Shown: piece after piece, positions 1-8,439 of the stretch
Layout of the letters: each line of letters opens with the position of its first letter
How positions within the stretch are numbered: position 1 is the stretch's first letter
Origin: Bellilinea caldifistulae
Lineage (GTDB): Bacteria; Chloroflexota; Anaerolineae; Anaerolineales; Anaerolineaceae
Reading direction: 5' to 3'
NCBI RefSeq assembly: GCF_001306055.1
Contig: NZ_LGHJ01000024.1
Span: forward strand, 1-32,000
Length of the DNA stretch: 32,000 nucleotides
Position numbers and translations under genes: made by a program
The notes under the pieces: model-generated
What the model was told of the DNA's origin: nothing
Databases searched by the model: none
What the model saw: only the letters and a program-made list of their open reading frames with translations

Positions 1-63
1 CAGCAGATAAGGTTGACCCATCACATAAGGTTTGAAGACAGGAGCGGCAGGTTTTCTTTTCAT
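1..63 (-). mobile_element. Possible 5' end of an IS1182/IS5-type transposase gene (first 21 codons only; gene runs off the left edge)
   Basis: The reverse complement of 1..63 starts with ATG and reads MKRKPAAPVFKPYVMGQPYLL. The F-K-x-Y-x3-Q-x2-L-L spacing resembles the conserved N-terminus (FxxYNQxQxxLLP) of IS1182-family transposases. Only 21 aa are visible and no terminal inverted repeat was identified. Confidence 0.3.
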
Positions 64-90
64 GCCCCCATTGAATCACGTTTCTCCTAA

Positions 91-126
91 AAAGAAAAGG
101 GCTGTCCCTTACTTTTTGGACAGCCC
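91..126 (-). terminator. Hairpin plus T-run, oriented as a minus-strand intrinsic terminator
   Basis: Perfect 9-bp stem GGGCTGTCC (99..107) / GGACAGCCC (118..126) with a 10-nt loop. On the minus strand it is followed by TTTTCTTT (complement of 91..98). No credible minus-strand gene lies upstream of it, so it may instead insulate the putative transposase start. Confidence 0.4.
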
Positions 127-380
127 CCTTATCCCTGTTGTTCTACACCCTTGTGGGCGCATGGGTCGGCATGGGGGTGCATTGGCTGCACTTGCGCCGG
201 AGTAGCTCTACTTAACTGCTGTTGCGGTTCTTGTCATGTCTCCCGGTAATTCACGCTGGTGTCTGGCAGCCCAGTTTCCCTTTTGTGGAAGAAACCAGAT
301 GACCCTTTAAGGTTTTCCCTTCCCCAATTCGGTATAATGAAATTGGGCCGAGCCATTACTGCCTGGGAAAGGAGGCTGAA

Positions 381-677
381 ATGTACGTTACCATTCTCTC
401 CGGTCATGTCAGCCACGAAAACTGGACCACGCTGCAAAAAGCCTATCAGGAAAAAGTAACCCGCCACCCGCCGCGCGGTTTGGTTGAATCTACGCTGGTG
501 CAGAGTGAGGACGACCCGACCCTGTGGCACATCATCTCCTTCTGGCAAAGCAAGGAAGCCTTCCAGCAGGCTGAAGATGAGGACGAGGCCAGCCTGTGCG
601 TGCGGTTGTTCTGCGATGCCGGCGGGGTGCCCACCCGCCGCCGCTACGCGGTCGCGGCACGGTATGTGCGGGTCTAG
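381..677 (+). CDS. Small ABM-fold (antibiotic biosynthesis monooxygenase / Dabb-like) protein, 98 aa
   Basis: ORF with SD GGAAAGGAGG 6-8 nt upstream of the ATG. Size and pattern (MYVTILSG..., ...WHIISFWQSKEAFQ) are typical of the ferredoxin-like ABM domain. A TATAAT box lies at 333..338 without a convincing -35. Confidence 0.45.
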   Translation: MYVTILSGHVSHENWTTLQKAYQEKVTRHPPRGLVESTLVQSEDDPTLWHIISFWQSKEAFQQAEDEDEASLCVRLFCDAGGVPTRRRYAVAARYVRV

Positions 678-704
678 ACGGATTCAGGTCAGTTCGATGG
701 CAAC

Positions 705-1463
705 ATGAACGCATGGTTGGAGCGGCTGGTCGCGCTGGAAAGTGAGGTAGAGTACAAAACTCCTCCACGGCGCGGGGAGGGGGAATTTTGTTTTCAACCG
801 GGCAGTTTACCGGTGCTGATTTCGGCTCCGCACGGCGCCGCCCACACCCGTCATGGGCGGTTGAAGGAAGAGGACGATTTTACCGCCGGCATGGCGCGGT
901 TGTGCGCGGAACTGAGCGGCGCGCATGTCCTGTATGCGTGGCGGAAATCGGCTACCGACCCGAATTACTACCCGGATGTGCCCTATAAGCAAGCCCTGCG
1001 GGAAATAGTCCGCCGTTTTGGAATTGGATTTGTGCTCGACCTGCACGGCTGTGCGGCTTATCGTGATTTTGGGATTGGGGTGGGGACGATGCAGGGGCAG
1101 AGCCTGCCATGCGAGTTTCGCCGTTTGATTTTGAAGGTGCTGTATCACCACGGTTTTCGCACGGGCGGGGGCTGGCTTTCGCGGGTGGACGTGGATCGCA
1201 CCTTCACCGCCGGCAATGGCAGCCGGCAGGAAACGATTACCCGCTTTGTTTCCCAGCGGTTGGGGGTGCCGGCCGTTCAGATTGAACTCAATTCCTACTT
1301 GCGGGTGGTGCGCCGTCGTCCGCAGGCATCCGAACGCAATCCGTTTGAGGGCGATCCGGAGATGATTGAACGCACCATCCGCCTGCTGGTCGGGTTGGTG
1401 CGGGCGGTTGCGCGCTTCGGCGCTTCGGATGGCTTTGGCGGGGTCAGCCCAACAAAACTGTAG
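705..1463 (+). CDS. N-formylglutamate amidohydrolase (FGase)-family hydrolase
   Basis: LPVLISAPHGA, VLDLHG and PAVQIELNS blocks line up with the LPLLISMPHAG, LWDAHS and HAVQLELAQ blocks I recall from HutG-type FGases. 252 aa. Confidence 0.6.
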   Translation: MNAWLERLVALESEVEYKTPPRRGEGEFCFQPGSLPVLISAPHGAAHTRHGRLKEEDDFTAGMARLCAELSGAHVLYAWRKSATDPNYYPDVPYKQALREIVRRFGIGFVLDLHGCAAYRDFGIGVGTMQGQSLPCEFRRLILKVLYHHGFRTGGGWLSRVDVDRTFTAGNGSRQETITRFVSQRLGVPAVQIELNSYLRVVRRRPQASERNPFEGDPEMIERTIRLLVGLVRAVARFGASDGFGGVSPTKL

Positions 1464-1504
1464 GGATGGGTTTGCCCGCTCTCTGATATAATCGGCTGCG
1501 TAGA

Positions 1505-2824
1505 ATGAATATGATCCGCAGGTTATTTAGCCCGGCTCAGCCGGTGCCGGCTGAACTCCGGCGCAATTTTTTGCACCTTTACCTTGATATTGCCTGGTGG
1601 GGTTTGCTCAACGGCAGTATTCTGGTCTTTTTGGGGGTATACGCTTCGCGATTGGGCGCCAGCACCTTTCAACTGGGGTTGTTGACGGCCTCTCCTGCGC
1701 TGATGAATCTGCTTTTTACCTTCCCGGCGGGTAGCCTGCTGGAGCGTAAACCGGTTGCCCGCGTAACGCGCTGGTCAGCCCTCCTGATGCGCCTTTTCTA
1801 CTTTTTACTCATTCCGCTGCCGGTGCTGCTGCCGGCCGGTACCCAGGTGTGGGTCATTCTGGCGATCACGCTGCTGATGAACATCCCCGGCACGCTGATT
1901 GCGATTGCCTTCAACGCTTTTTTTGCCGAGGCCGTGCCGCCCGAATGGCGAGGTCAGGTAGCCGGGGTGCGCAACGCGCTGTTCTCGATCACTACGATGG
2001 TAACGGCGCTGACGGTGGGGTTGATTTTAGACCGAACCCCCTTCGCCATTGGCTACCAGATTGTGTTTGGGATCGGCGCTTTTGGGGCAATGATGAGCGC
2101 CTTCCACCTGTGGCTGGTGCGCCTGCCGGACAAGCCCGCGGTGGCACCGTCATTCAATGGGATTCAAAAAGAGTTGCGGGCGGCTGAAAAGGCGCCGTTG
2201 AAGGCGCTGCGTTTGCAGGCCCTGCGGCTGGATGTGTTGAGCGGGGCTTTTGGACGGCTGCTGGTGCTGATTTTTGTGTATCAATTGGGGGTGTACCTGA
2301 TCGGCCCGGTGGTGCCCAAGTACCAGGTGAATGTGCTGCAATTGAGCGATGTGACCATCAGCCAGGCCAGTGCGCTGTTTTGGGTGGCGCATTTCATCGG
2401 CTCGTTGCAGAGCCGGCGGCTTTCGCAGCGATGGGGTTTTCAACGGATGACCGGCTGGGGGTTGATGATCGTCACGATCACCCTCGTCATGTTCACCTTC
2501 AGTTTCCAGCGCTGGATTTATCTGCTGCACTCGCTGATCGGCGGAATCGGCTGGGCGTGGATTGCGGGGGGGCTGATCAACTTTGTGCTGGAGCGCATTC
2601 CCGCCGATGATCGGCCTTCTCATCTGGCGTGGTTCAACCTCATCAATAACGCAGCGGCGTTGTTATGCGGGCTGCTTGCTCCGTTGATTGCTGGCTGGAT
2701 CGGTATGGCGGCTACCCTGTTGCTGGCGGCTGCGCTGCGACTGGTGGTGGGGGTGGTGCTGTGTGCCCGTAAACCGATCCAACTACCTCGTTGGAAGCCG
2801 GCGCGAGAAAAACCGCTATCTTGA
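1505..2824 (+). CDS. MFS-type transporter (about 12 TM helices)
   Basis: 439 aa, hydrophobic throughout, with two six-helix halves separated by a charged central loop (PDKPAVAPSFNGIQKELRAAEKAP). Confidence 0.65.
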   Translation: MNMIRRLFSPAQPVPAELRRNFLHLYLDIAWWGLLNGSILVFLGVYASRLGASTFQLGLLTASPALMNLLFTFPAGSLLERKPVARVTRWSALLMRLFYFLLIPLPVLLPAGTQVWVILAITLLMNIPGTLIAIAFNAFFAEAVPPEWRGQVAGVRNALFSITTMVTALTVGLILDRTPFAIGYQIVFGIGAFGAMMSAFHLWLVRLPDKPAVAPSFNGIQKELRAAEKAPLKALRLQALRLDVLSGAFGRLLVLIFVYQLGVYLIGPVVPKYQVNVLQLSDVTISQASALFWVAHFIGSLQSRRLSQRWGFQRMTGWGLMIVTITLVMFTFSFQRWIYLLHSLIGGIGWAWIAGGLINFVLERIPADDRPSHLAWFNLINNAAALLCGLLAPLIAGWIGMAATLLLAAALRLVVGVVLCARKPIQLPRWKPAREKPLS

Positions 2825-2914
2825 AAAGTGCGGCCGGTTAAAAACGCGTCGGCCATCAAAACCGCCCGGTTCTCATCACCGCGTAGAATGACTGCGTCAT
2901 TTTTTCGTCGCAAT

Positions 2915-2945
2915 TGTTTTGTTTTTAGAACAAATGTGTTATCAT
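2915..2945 (+). promoter_or_regulatory. Candidate promoter with extended -10 (TGtTATCAT)
   Basis: TGT+TATCAT lies at 2937..2945, about 30 nt upstream of ATG 2975, in an AT-rich stretch. The -35 is weak (TTGTTT/TTTTGT at 2915..2922). Confidence 0.3.
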
Positions 2946-2974
2946 GGAGAAAATCGGTTTGAGGAATATTGCCC

Positions 2975-4201
2975 ATGTCTGCTTTGAAGCATTTTGACGC
3001 GGAGATCATCCTGTCGCGCCGCGAGGCTCGCCGTTTTATGCTCTGGCAGCAGTACTTGCTGCCCGCTCATTCGCTGGAGGGCAAAGAGGGCATTCGGAGT
3101 TACTATCAGCGGGTGGGCTGCGTCCAGTTTGATCCGGTCAATGTGGTCGGGTGGAGCCCGCATCTGGTTTTGCAAGCCCGCGTGCGGGATTATCAACCGC
3201 ACTGGCTGGAAGAATTATTGTACCGGGAACGGCGCTTGTGGGATGGGTGGGATAAAGTCCAGTCCATTTACCCGGTGGAGGATTATCCCTTTTTTGCCTT
3301 GCGGCGTGAGGAAAACCGCCGAAACCACTGGCTGCCTCATGAGCAGGTACTCCAATTTCAACCCCGTGTGCTGGATCTGATTCGCCAGCGGGGGGCGCTT
3401 TCATCCCTGGATTTAGAAACGAGCCATCACATAGACGGCTGGTGGGGGGTGCCGGTGCGGGTGGAACGGGCCGCTCTGGAAAACCTGTATAACATGGGCG
3501 AAATCGGCATTCACCACCGGGTGGGAACCCGCCGCTATTTCGACCTGACCGATCGTTTACTGCCCGCCGAAATTCACGCAGCAAAATCGCCTTTTGACCG
3601 GCTGGAGGATTATCATGACTGGCATGTCCTGCGGCGGGTTGGCGGGATGGGGCTGGCTTCGCCAATGGCCGGTGAGGCGTGGGGAGGAATTTTGGGCATG
3701 AAAAGCCAAGAACGGCTGACCAGCCTGCGCCGGCTGGTGGAGCGGGGTGATTTGATGGCAGTCGGGGTTGAGGGGCTGGAGGGAAAATTATTGTTTTTGC
3801 GCCGCGGTGACTGGCAGGCGTGGCAGGACAACAGAGGGGTGAACAGCGAAGCGGATCGGGTTATTTTTTTGCCGCCGCTGGATAACCTGCTCTGGCAGCG
3901 CGAAGTCATCCGCTGGTTGTTCGATTTCCACTACATCTGGGAGGTGTATAAACCGCCCGCCACCCGCCAATTTGGGGCGTATACCCTGCCGGTCTTGCTG
4001 GGCGAGCAATTCATTGCCCGGTGTGATGCTGTGCTGGAACGCCGCTCCAAAACGCTGAACATACGCGGCTGGTGGTGGGAATCCGGTGTGAACAAGGGAG
4101 ATGGACGTTTGCGGGCGGCGGTGCGGAATGGGCTAACGGCTTTTCAGGCCGCGTTGGGGGCGGAGAAAGTGGAGATTGGCGCTGATTTGGATGTGGTGTA
4201 G
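2975..4201 (+). CDS. YcaQ/AlkZ-family (winged-helix HTH_42) DNA glycosylase-like protein, YcaQ-like QxD subtype
   Basis: VQFDPVNVVGWSPHLVLQARV aligns with E. coli YcaQ LQIDTINIVARSPYLVLFSRL, including the Q-hydrophobic-D catalytic motif. I prefer ATG 2975 (GAGGAA 9 nt upstream) to the TTG at 2969 given by the ORF track. Confidence 0.65.
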   Translation: MSALKHFDAEIILSRREARRFMLWQQYLLPAHSLEGKEGIRSYYQRVGCVQFDPVNVVGWSPHLVLQARVRDYQPHWLEELLYRERRLWDGWDKVQSIYPVEDYPFFALRREENRRNHWLPHEQVLQFQPRVLDLIRQRGALSSLDLETSHHIDGWWGVPVRVERAALENLYNMGEIGIHHRVGTRRYFDLTDRLLPAEIHAAKSPFDRLEDYHDWHVLRRVGGMGLASPMAGEAWGGILGMKSQERLTSLRRLVERGDLMAVGVEGLEGKLLFLRRGDWQAWQDNRGVNSEADRVIFLPPLDNLLWQREVIRWLFDFHYIWEVYKPPATRQFGAYTLPVLLGEQFIARCDAVLERRSKTLNIRGWWWESGVNKGDGRLRAAVRNGLTAFQAALGAEKVEIGADLDVV

Positions 4202-4228
4202 AACCCTTTTTAGATTCGGTCGTCCCCT

Positions 4229-6832
4229 TTACTGCTGGTAAGCGGGTAAGCGTGGCTCGGTCTGCTCTTCGTCCAGAATGAGCGCTACGAAATTTTCAAC
4301 CACCTGCGGATCGAACAAAATGCCAGCCTGCTCTTGCAGGTAAGCCAGGGCTTTTTCCACGCTCCACGCCTGACGGTAGGGGCGGTCGTTGGTCAGAGCG
4401 TCCCACACATCCACAATCGCAAAGATGCGCGCATACAGCGGAATTTGTTCGCCTTTCAAGCCGCGCGGGTAACCGCTGCCATCCCAACGCTCGTGATGGC
4501 AGTAGATCACATCCATTGCGCCTTTCAGGAAGGGGATTTTGGAAAGCAGATTGTAAGCAAATTGGGGATGCTGGCGCATGATGTCCCATTCTTCATCGTT
4601 CAACGGGCCGGGTTTGTTGAGAATGGCATCCGGCACGGCCATTTTGCCAATATCATGCAGCAGAACACCGTAGCGCAAGTCCTCCAATTGTTTTTCGTTC
4701 AAACCCATCCGCCGCCCCAGCCGTTCGCTGAGTTCCAGCATGCGTTCGGAGTGGCCCTGCGTCTCTTTGTCGCGCAGTTCAAGCGTGGCCGACCAACCTT
4801 CAATGGTGGCACGGTAAGCCTGCTGCAGTTCTTGATAAGCGCGTTGAATGTCCTGTATCATTTGAGTGTGATCCAGGGCGATGGCGGTTTGAGAGGCAAG
4901 CGTCTGGAAGAACGCCCGCCATTCATCGCCGGGGGTAAAAGGTTTGTGGGCAAACACTTCCAGAATGCCGTAGCGTTTGCCATCCACGAGCATGGGCGCC
5001 GCGGCGTAAAACTGGTAGGGAACAAAGCCGCTGAAACGGCTGGTCAACCAGTGAGACAGTTCACCGGTAACCAAGCGGTTGATGACCAGCGGCGTTCCGC
5101 GCCCCAGCGATTCTTCAGCTTCTTTGACCTCGATTTGAGCCGAGATGGGCATGATTTGAGCCAGATTGAAACCGCGGCTGGCATAGGGCAGCAGGTAACC
5201 CGGCAAACTTTCGGTGAGGATATTGACTGCATCCACCCTCAGAGCAGTTTTGATGGTGCTTAAGATGATTTCCATCTTCTCGTCAGAGGTTTGCGGGCTT
5301 GTGATGGTGGTATCAATCTCACGCAGGGTCTTCAAACGCTCCAGCAGCAGGTTGGATTCCTGCAAATGCTGCTGGATTTTTTCCTCATTTTTGCGGGCTT
5401 CGGTAATATCCTGTCCGATGCGCGCCATGCCGGCCACCGAACCATCCGGGTTGCGAATGAAGGTGTTGTTCCACGCAATCAGCCGTTTTTCGCCGGTTCG
5501 GGTGATTAACCAGGATTCTTGCTGGTGTTCGATCTTTTCCTGCTGAATGTGCTGGCGGTAGCGGGCACGGCGTTTCTCGCGTTCGGCGGGCAGCACAAAG
5601 CGCTCGAACCAGTCGCATTGCAGTACTTCCTGCCAGTTCCAGCCGGTCAGTTTGAGGAAGTATTCATTGCTGAAGATGACTTTACCATCGGTATCGAGGA
5701 TGACCGCAATCAGTTTCATCCTTTGCAGCATTTCGCGGTACTGACGTTCAGAAGCTGCAAGGGCGTGATGGTAGCGTCCCAGGTCTTGAATCATCTGGCT
5801 GAGCGCCAGCCCTAACTGGCTCAATTCATCCCTCCCGCGCACCGGGATGGTGATCGAATAATCCCGATTCTCGCGAAAACGGTTGATCGAACCGATGATG
5901 GCGAATAAGCGGGAGGTGAAGGTGTGACTGAAGAAAAGCCACGAGGCACTTCCCATGATGACGGCCAGAACCGCGAGGAAGAGAAGAAACTGGCGGAAGT
6001 TATTCAATCCGACCTGATAGATTTGCGGTTGTTTGCTCACTTTCATGATCAGATACGGCTCACCGCGCAGGGTGTTGAGCAGGGCGTATCCGCTGATTTT
6101 CTGGGAGGGGGATGGCTGTGATGGCTGAAAGACCAGGAGGGGTTCACCGGTGTTACCCATGTGTTCAAGCGAGCTGCGGAAATCGGCCGGAAGTTGGGGA
6201 TTGGCAACGGTTTCGACTTCGATGGAAAGCAGGGTGGCTTTTTCCAACTCGGCCACCCGCAGGTCGTTCAAATACCGCCCGATGACGATCAGTCCGGCCG
6301 GCTGACCGACGGCATCATTGCGCAAAATGGCGCGGCTGGCAAACACCAGCGGCCCGAACTGGGTGGAAATCAGCCCCGCCTGTTCAAAATCGGGCTTTGG
6401 TGGCAGGGAACCGAGCAGGTTTTGAAAGATTTGCCGGTCTACATCGGGCGGAAGCGGAATGGTATTCAAAGTCAGTGGGTTGACTGAAAATTCCGCAACC
6501 CGGCGGAAATTGATGTCGTAAAAGATCATGACATCCACCCCAAGACCCGCGAAAGTGGTGGGGGTCAGGTTGTCCTGAACAAAAGCCGGGTTCTTCCCTT
6601 TGATGAAATAATAAGTTTCATCCCAGTAGCCCCAATCGGCGGCGGTGTTGCTGAGGAATTCCGCATCTCTTTGCAGGATGGCTTCAACCCGGTTGAGGTC
6701 TTGCCGGAGGAGGTTTTCTTCCAGTGACCGGTAATGATGGAGAAACAGTTGATTGGAAATTAAAATCAGGCTGAGGATGGAAATTCCCCCCGCCAGCAAC
6801 GAAAAGAGAAGGATGCGGTTACGAAGCGTCAT
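4229..6832 (-). CDS. Membrane sensor with HD-GYP output: CHASE4-like periplasmic domain, HAMP, PAS, GAF, HD-GYP (c-di-GMP phosphodiesterase type)
   Basis: N-terminal TM helix, then DWGYWDETYYF (CHASE4-like signature), a second TM helix (FLLFLAVLAVIMGSASWLFF) and HAMP/PAS/GAF-sized blocks. The C-terminus carries HDIGK and HHERWDGSGYPRGL. 867 aa. Confidence 0.75.
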   Translation of the reverse strand: MTLRNRILLFSLLAGGISILSLILISNQLFLHHYRSLEENLLRQDLNRVEAILQRDAEFLSNTAADWGYWDETYYFIKGKNPAFVQDNLTPTTFAGLGVDVMIFYDINFRRVAEFSVNPLTLNTIPLPPDVDRQIFQNLLGSLPPKPDFEQAGLISTQFGPLVFASRAILRNDAVGQPAGLIVIGRYLNDLRVAELEKATLLSIEVETVANPQLPADFRSSLEHMGNTGEPLLVFQPSQPSPSQKISGYALLNTLRGEPYLIMKVSKQPQIYQVGLNNFRQFLLFLAVLAVIMGSASWLFFSHTFTSRLFAIIGSINRFRENRDYSITIPVRGRDELSQLGLALSQMIQDLGRYHHALAASERQYREMLQRMKLIAVILDTDGKVIFSNEYFLKLTGWNWQEVLQCDWFERFVLPAEREKRRARYRQHIQQEKIEHQQESWLITRTGEKRLIAWNNTFIRNPDGSVAGMARIGQDITEARKNEEKIQQHLQESNLLLERLKTLREIDTTITSPQTSDEKMEIILSTIKTALRVDAVNILTESLPGYLLPYASRGFNLAQIMPISAQIEVKEAEESLGRGTPLVINRLVTGELSHWLTSRFSGFVPYQFYAAAPMLVDGKRYGILEVFAHKPFTPGDEWRAFFQTLASQTAIALDHTQMIQDIQRAYQELQQAYRATIEGWSATLELRDKETQGHSERMLELSERLGRRMGLNEKQLEDLRYGVLLHDIGKMAVPDAILNKPGPLNDEEWDIMRQHPQFAYNLLSKIPFLKGAMDVIYCHHERWDGSGYPRGLKGEQIPLYARIFAIVDVWDALTNDRPYRQAWSVEKALAYLQEQAGILFDPQVVENFVALILDEEQTEPRLPAYQQ

Positions 6833-7094
6833 GAGGACATCCCGGACAACTTGAAAAGGGTGGCAATTTTTGGGATGATTTCACTCAAATGAACCGGCAC
6901 TGTCCTATGATTATCGTCCAATTCGATTAAAGATTGATAAAGAATAACTTACAAAATCCTTACAATTTCATTACAGAAAGGTTCTTTTCTCTTGACAAAT
7001 CGGAATTGCAGATCGGCGGTTGAGGGAACCCGGGCTCGCCCTCAGGCGTCTTATGGATGTTGAAAGCCCTCTGGCGAGTCAAAAGGAGGATGGA

Positions 7095-8426
7095 ATGAGT
7101 ACCCCGAAAAAGATGTGTTTCGTCATGCTGGCTGCCGTGTTAATCCTCAGCGCTTGTGCACCGGTAGCCACAATCGTGCCGCCGCAGCCTACCGCTGAGC
7201 CAACCCCCAAGGAGAATGGTATGGATGAGAGCGCTTTACTGATTTCCTCACGCCCGCGCAACACTGCCCCGCCCAGTGGGGATGTTGCCCTGCGCGAACT
7301 GGTCAACGGCAATACCGCTTTTGCGTTAGATCTTTACCAGCGGCTTGCCGAAAAACCCGGCAACCTGTTTTACTCGCCTTACAGCATTTCGCTGGCACTG
7401 GCGATGACCTACGCCGGGGCGCGCGGAGAGACCGAGCGGCAAATGGCGCAGACTCTCCGGTTCGGCCTGCCGCAGGCACAACTCCACCCGGCTTTTAACA
7501 TGCTGGATCTCAACCTGCGCCCGCCGGAGCAGAAACCCGCCAGCGAGGATGAGCAGCCGTTTCAGCTGAACATTGCCAACTCTCTATGGGGGCAGGCCGG
7601 GTTCGATTTCCTGCCGGAGTTTCTGGACTTGCTGGCGGAAAACTACGGGGCGGGGATGTACCGGGTGGACTACAGCGAGCCGGAAACCGCCCGCCAACGG
7701 ATCAACGGCTGGGTTGAAGAACAGACCAGGCAGAAAATCAAGGATCTGATTGCTCAGGGCATGCTCAACCCCATGACGCGGCTGGTGCTGGTCAATGCCA
7801 TTTACTTCAAGGGGGCGTGGGTCTATCCCTTTGACAAAGAAAGCACTCGTGATGCTCCCTTCACCCTGCTGGACGGTAGTCGGGTGAATGTGCCGATGAT
7901 GTACCTTGCCAAAGACTTGCTTTACCTGCGCGGCAAGAACTACACGGTGGTGCGCCTGCCCTACCGCGACAGCCCGATGGGCATGACCATCATTGTGCCG
8001 GACGAGGGTCAATTTGAGGAGGTTGAAAGAGCCCTTACCCCTCAATTGCTGGAGGAAATTCGCTCCAACTTCTCGCTGGCAGCAGTGCGTTTAGCCATGC
8101 CCAAATTCAAGATGGAAACCAGTTTCAACCTGAGTCAGACGCTGGCGGAGATGGGCATGCCGGCGGCTTTTGACCGTTCCCTGGCGGATTTTTCCGGCAT
8201 GACCGGGCGTAAAGACCTGTTCATCTCGAACGTGGTGCATAAAGCCTATGTGGATGTGAACGAAGAAGGTACCGAAGCAGCCGCAGCCACGGCAGTGATC
8301 ATGGAACTCAAAGCCATGCCGATGAATGAAGTGGAGTTGACAATAGACCGTCCGTTTCTGTTCTTCATTGAAGACCGGGAAAGCGGGACGCTGTTGTTTG
8401 CCGGGCGGGTGGTTGACCCGCGTTAG
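7095..8426 (+). CDS. Serpin, predicted lipoprotein (inhibitory-type hinge)
   Basis: Hinge EEGTEAAAATA followed by IDRPFLFFI. ATG 7095 is preceded by AAAGGAGGA, and the signal peptide ends in the lipobox ILSAC. The TTG-extended start at 7020 is rejected. Confidence 0.8.
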   Translation: MSTPKKMCFVMLAAVLILSACAPVATIVPPQPTAEPTPKENGMDESALLISSRPRNTAPPSGDVALRELVNGNTAFALDLYQRLAEKPGNLFYSPYSISLALAMTYAGARGETERQMAQTLRFGLPQAQLHPAFNMLDLNLRPPEQKPASEDEQPFQLNIANSLWGQAGFDFLPEFLDLLAENYGAGMYRVDYSEPETARQRINGWVEEQTRQKIKDLIAQGMLNPMTRLVLVNAIYFKGAWVYPFDKESTRDAPFTLLDGSRVNVPMMYLAKDLLYLRGKNYTVVRLPYRDSPMGMTIIVPDEGQFEEVERALTPQLLEEIRSNFSLAAVRLAMPKFKMETSFNLSQTLAEMGMPAAFDRSLADFSGMTGRKDLFISNVVHKAYVDVNEEGTEAAAATAVIMELKAMPMNEVELTIDRPFLFFIEDRESGTLLFAGRVVDPR

Positions 8427-8439
8427 GCACTCGGCAGGC

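Noticed and set aside
234-548. Overlapping 60-104-aa ORFs around 234..770 on both strands
   Set aside because: They overlap the ABM and FGase genes in other frames or on the antisense strand. They lack an RBS and any recognisable motifs.
4334-5263. 309-aa plus-strand ORF inside the sensor gene
   Set aside because: It is antisense to the HD-GYP and GAF coding region, which has exact catalytic motifs. It has no domain signature.
6992-6997. Perfect TTGACA upstream of the serpin gene as a promoter -35
   Set aside because: No acceptable -10 hexamer lies 16-19 nt downstream (GGCGGT / GCGGTT), so I cannot support a promoter call there.
7020-7094. TTG-initiated 25-codon extension of the serpin
   Set aside because: The internal ATG 7095 has a strong AAAGGAGGA RBS and yields a proper lipoprotein signal peptide, which the extension would bury.
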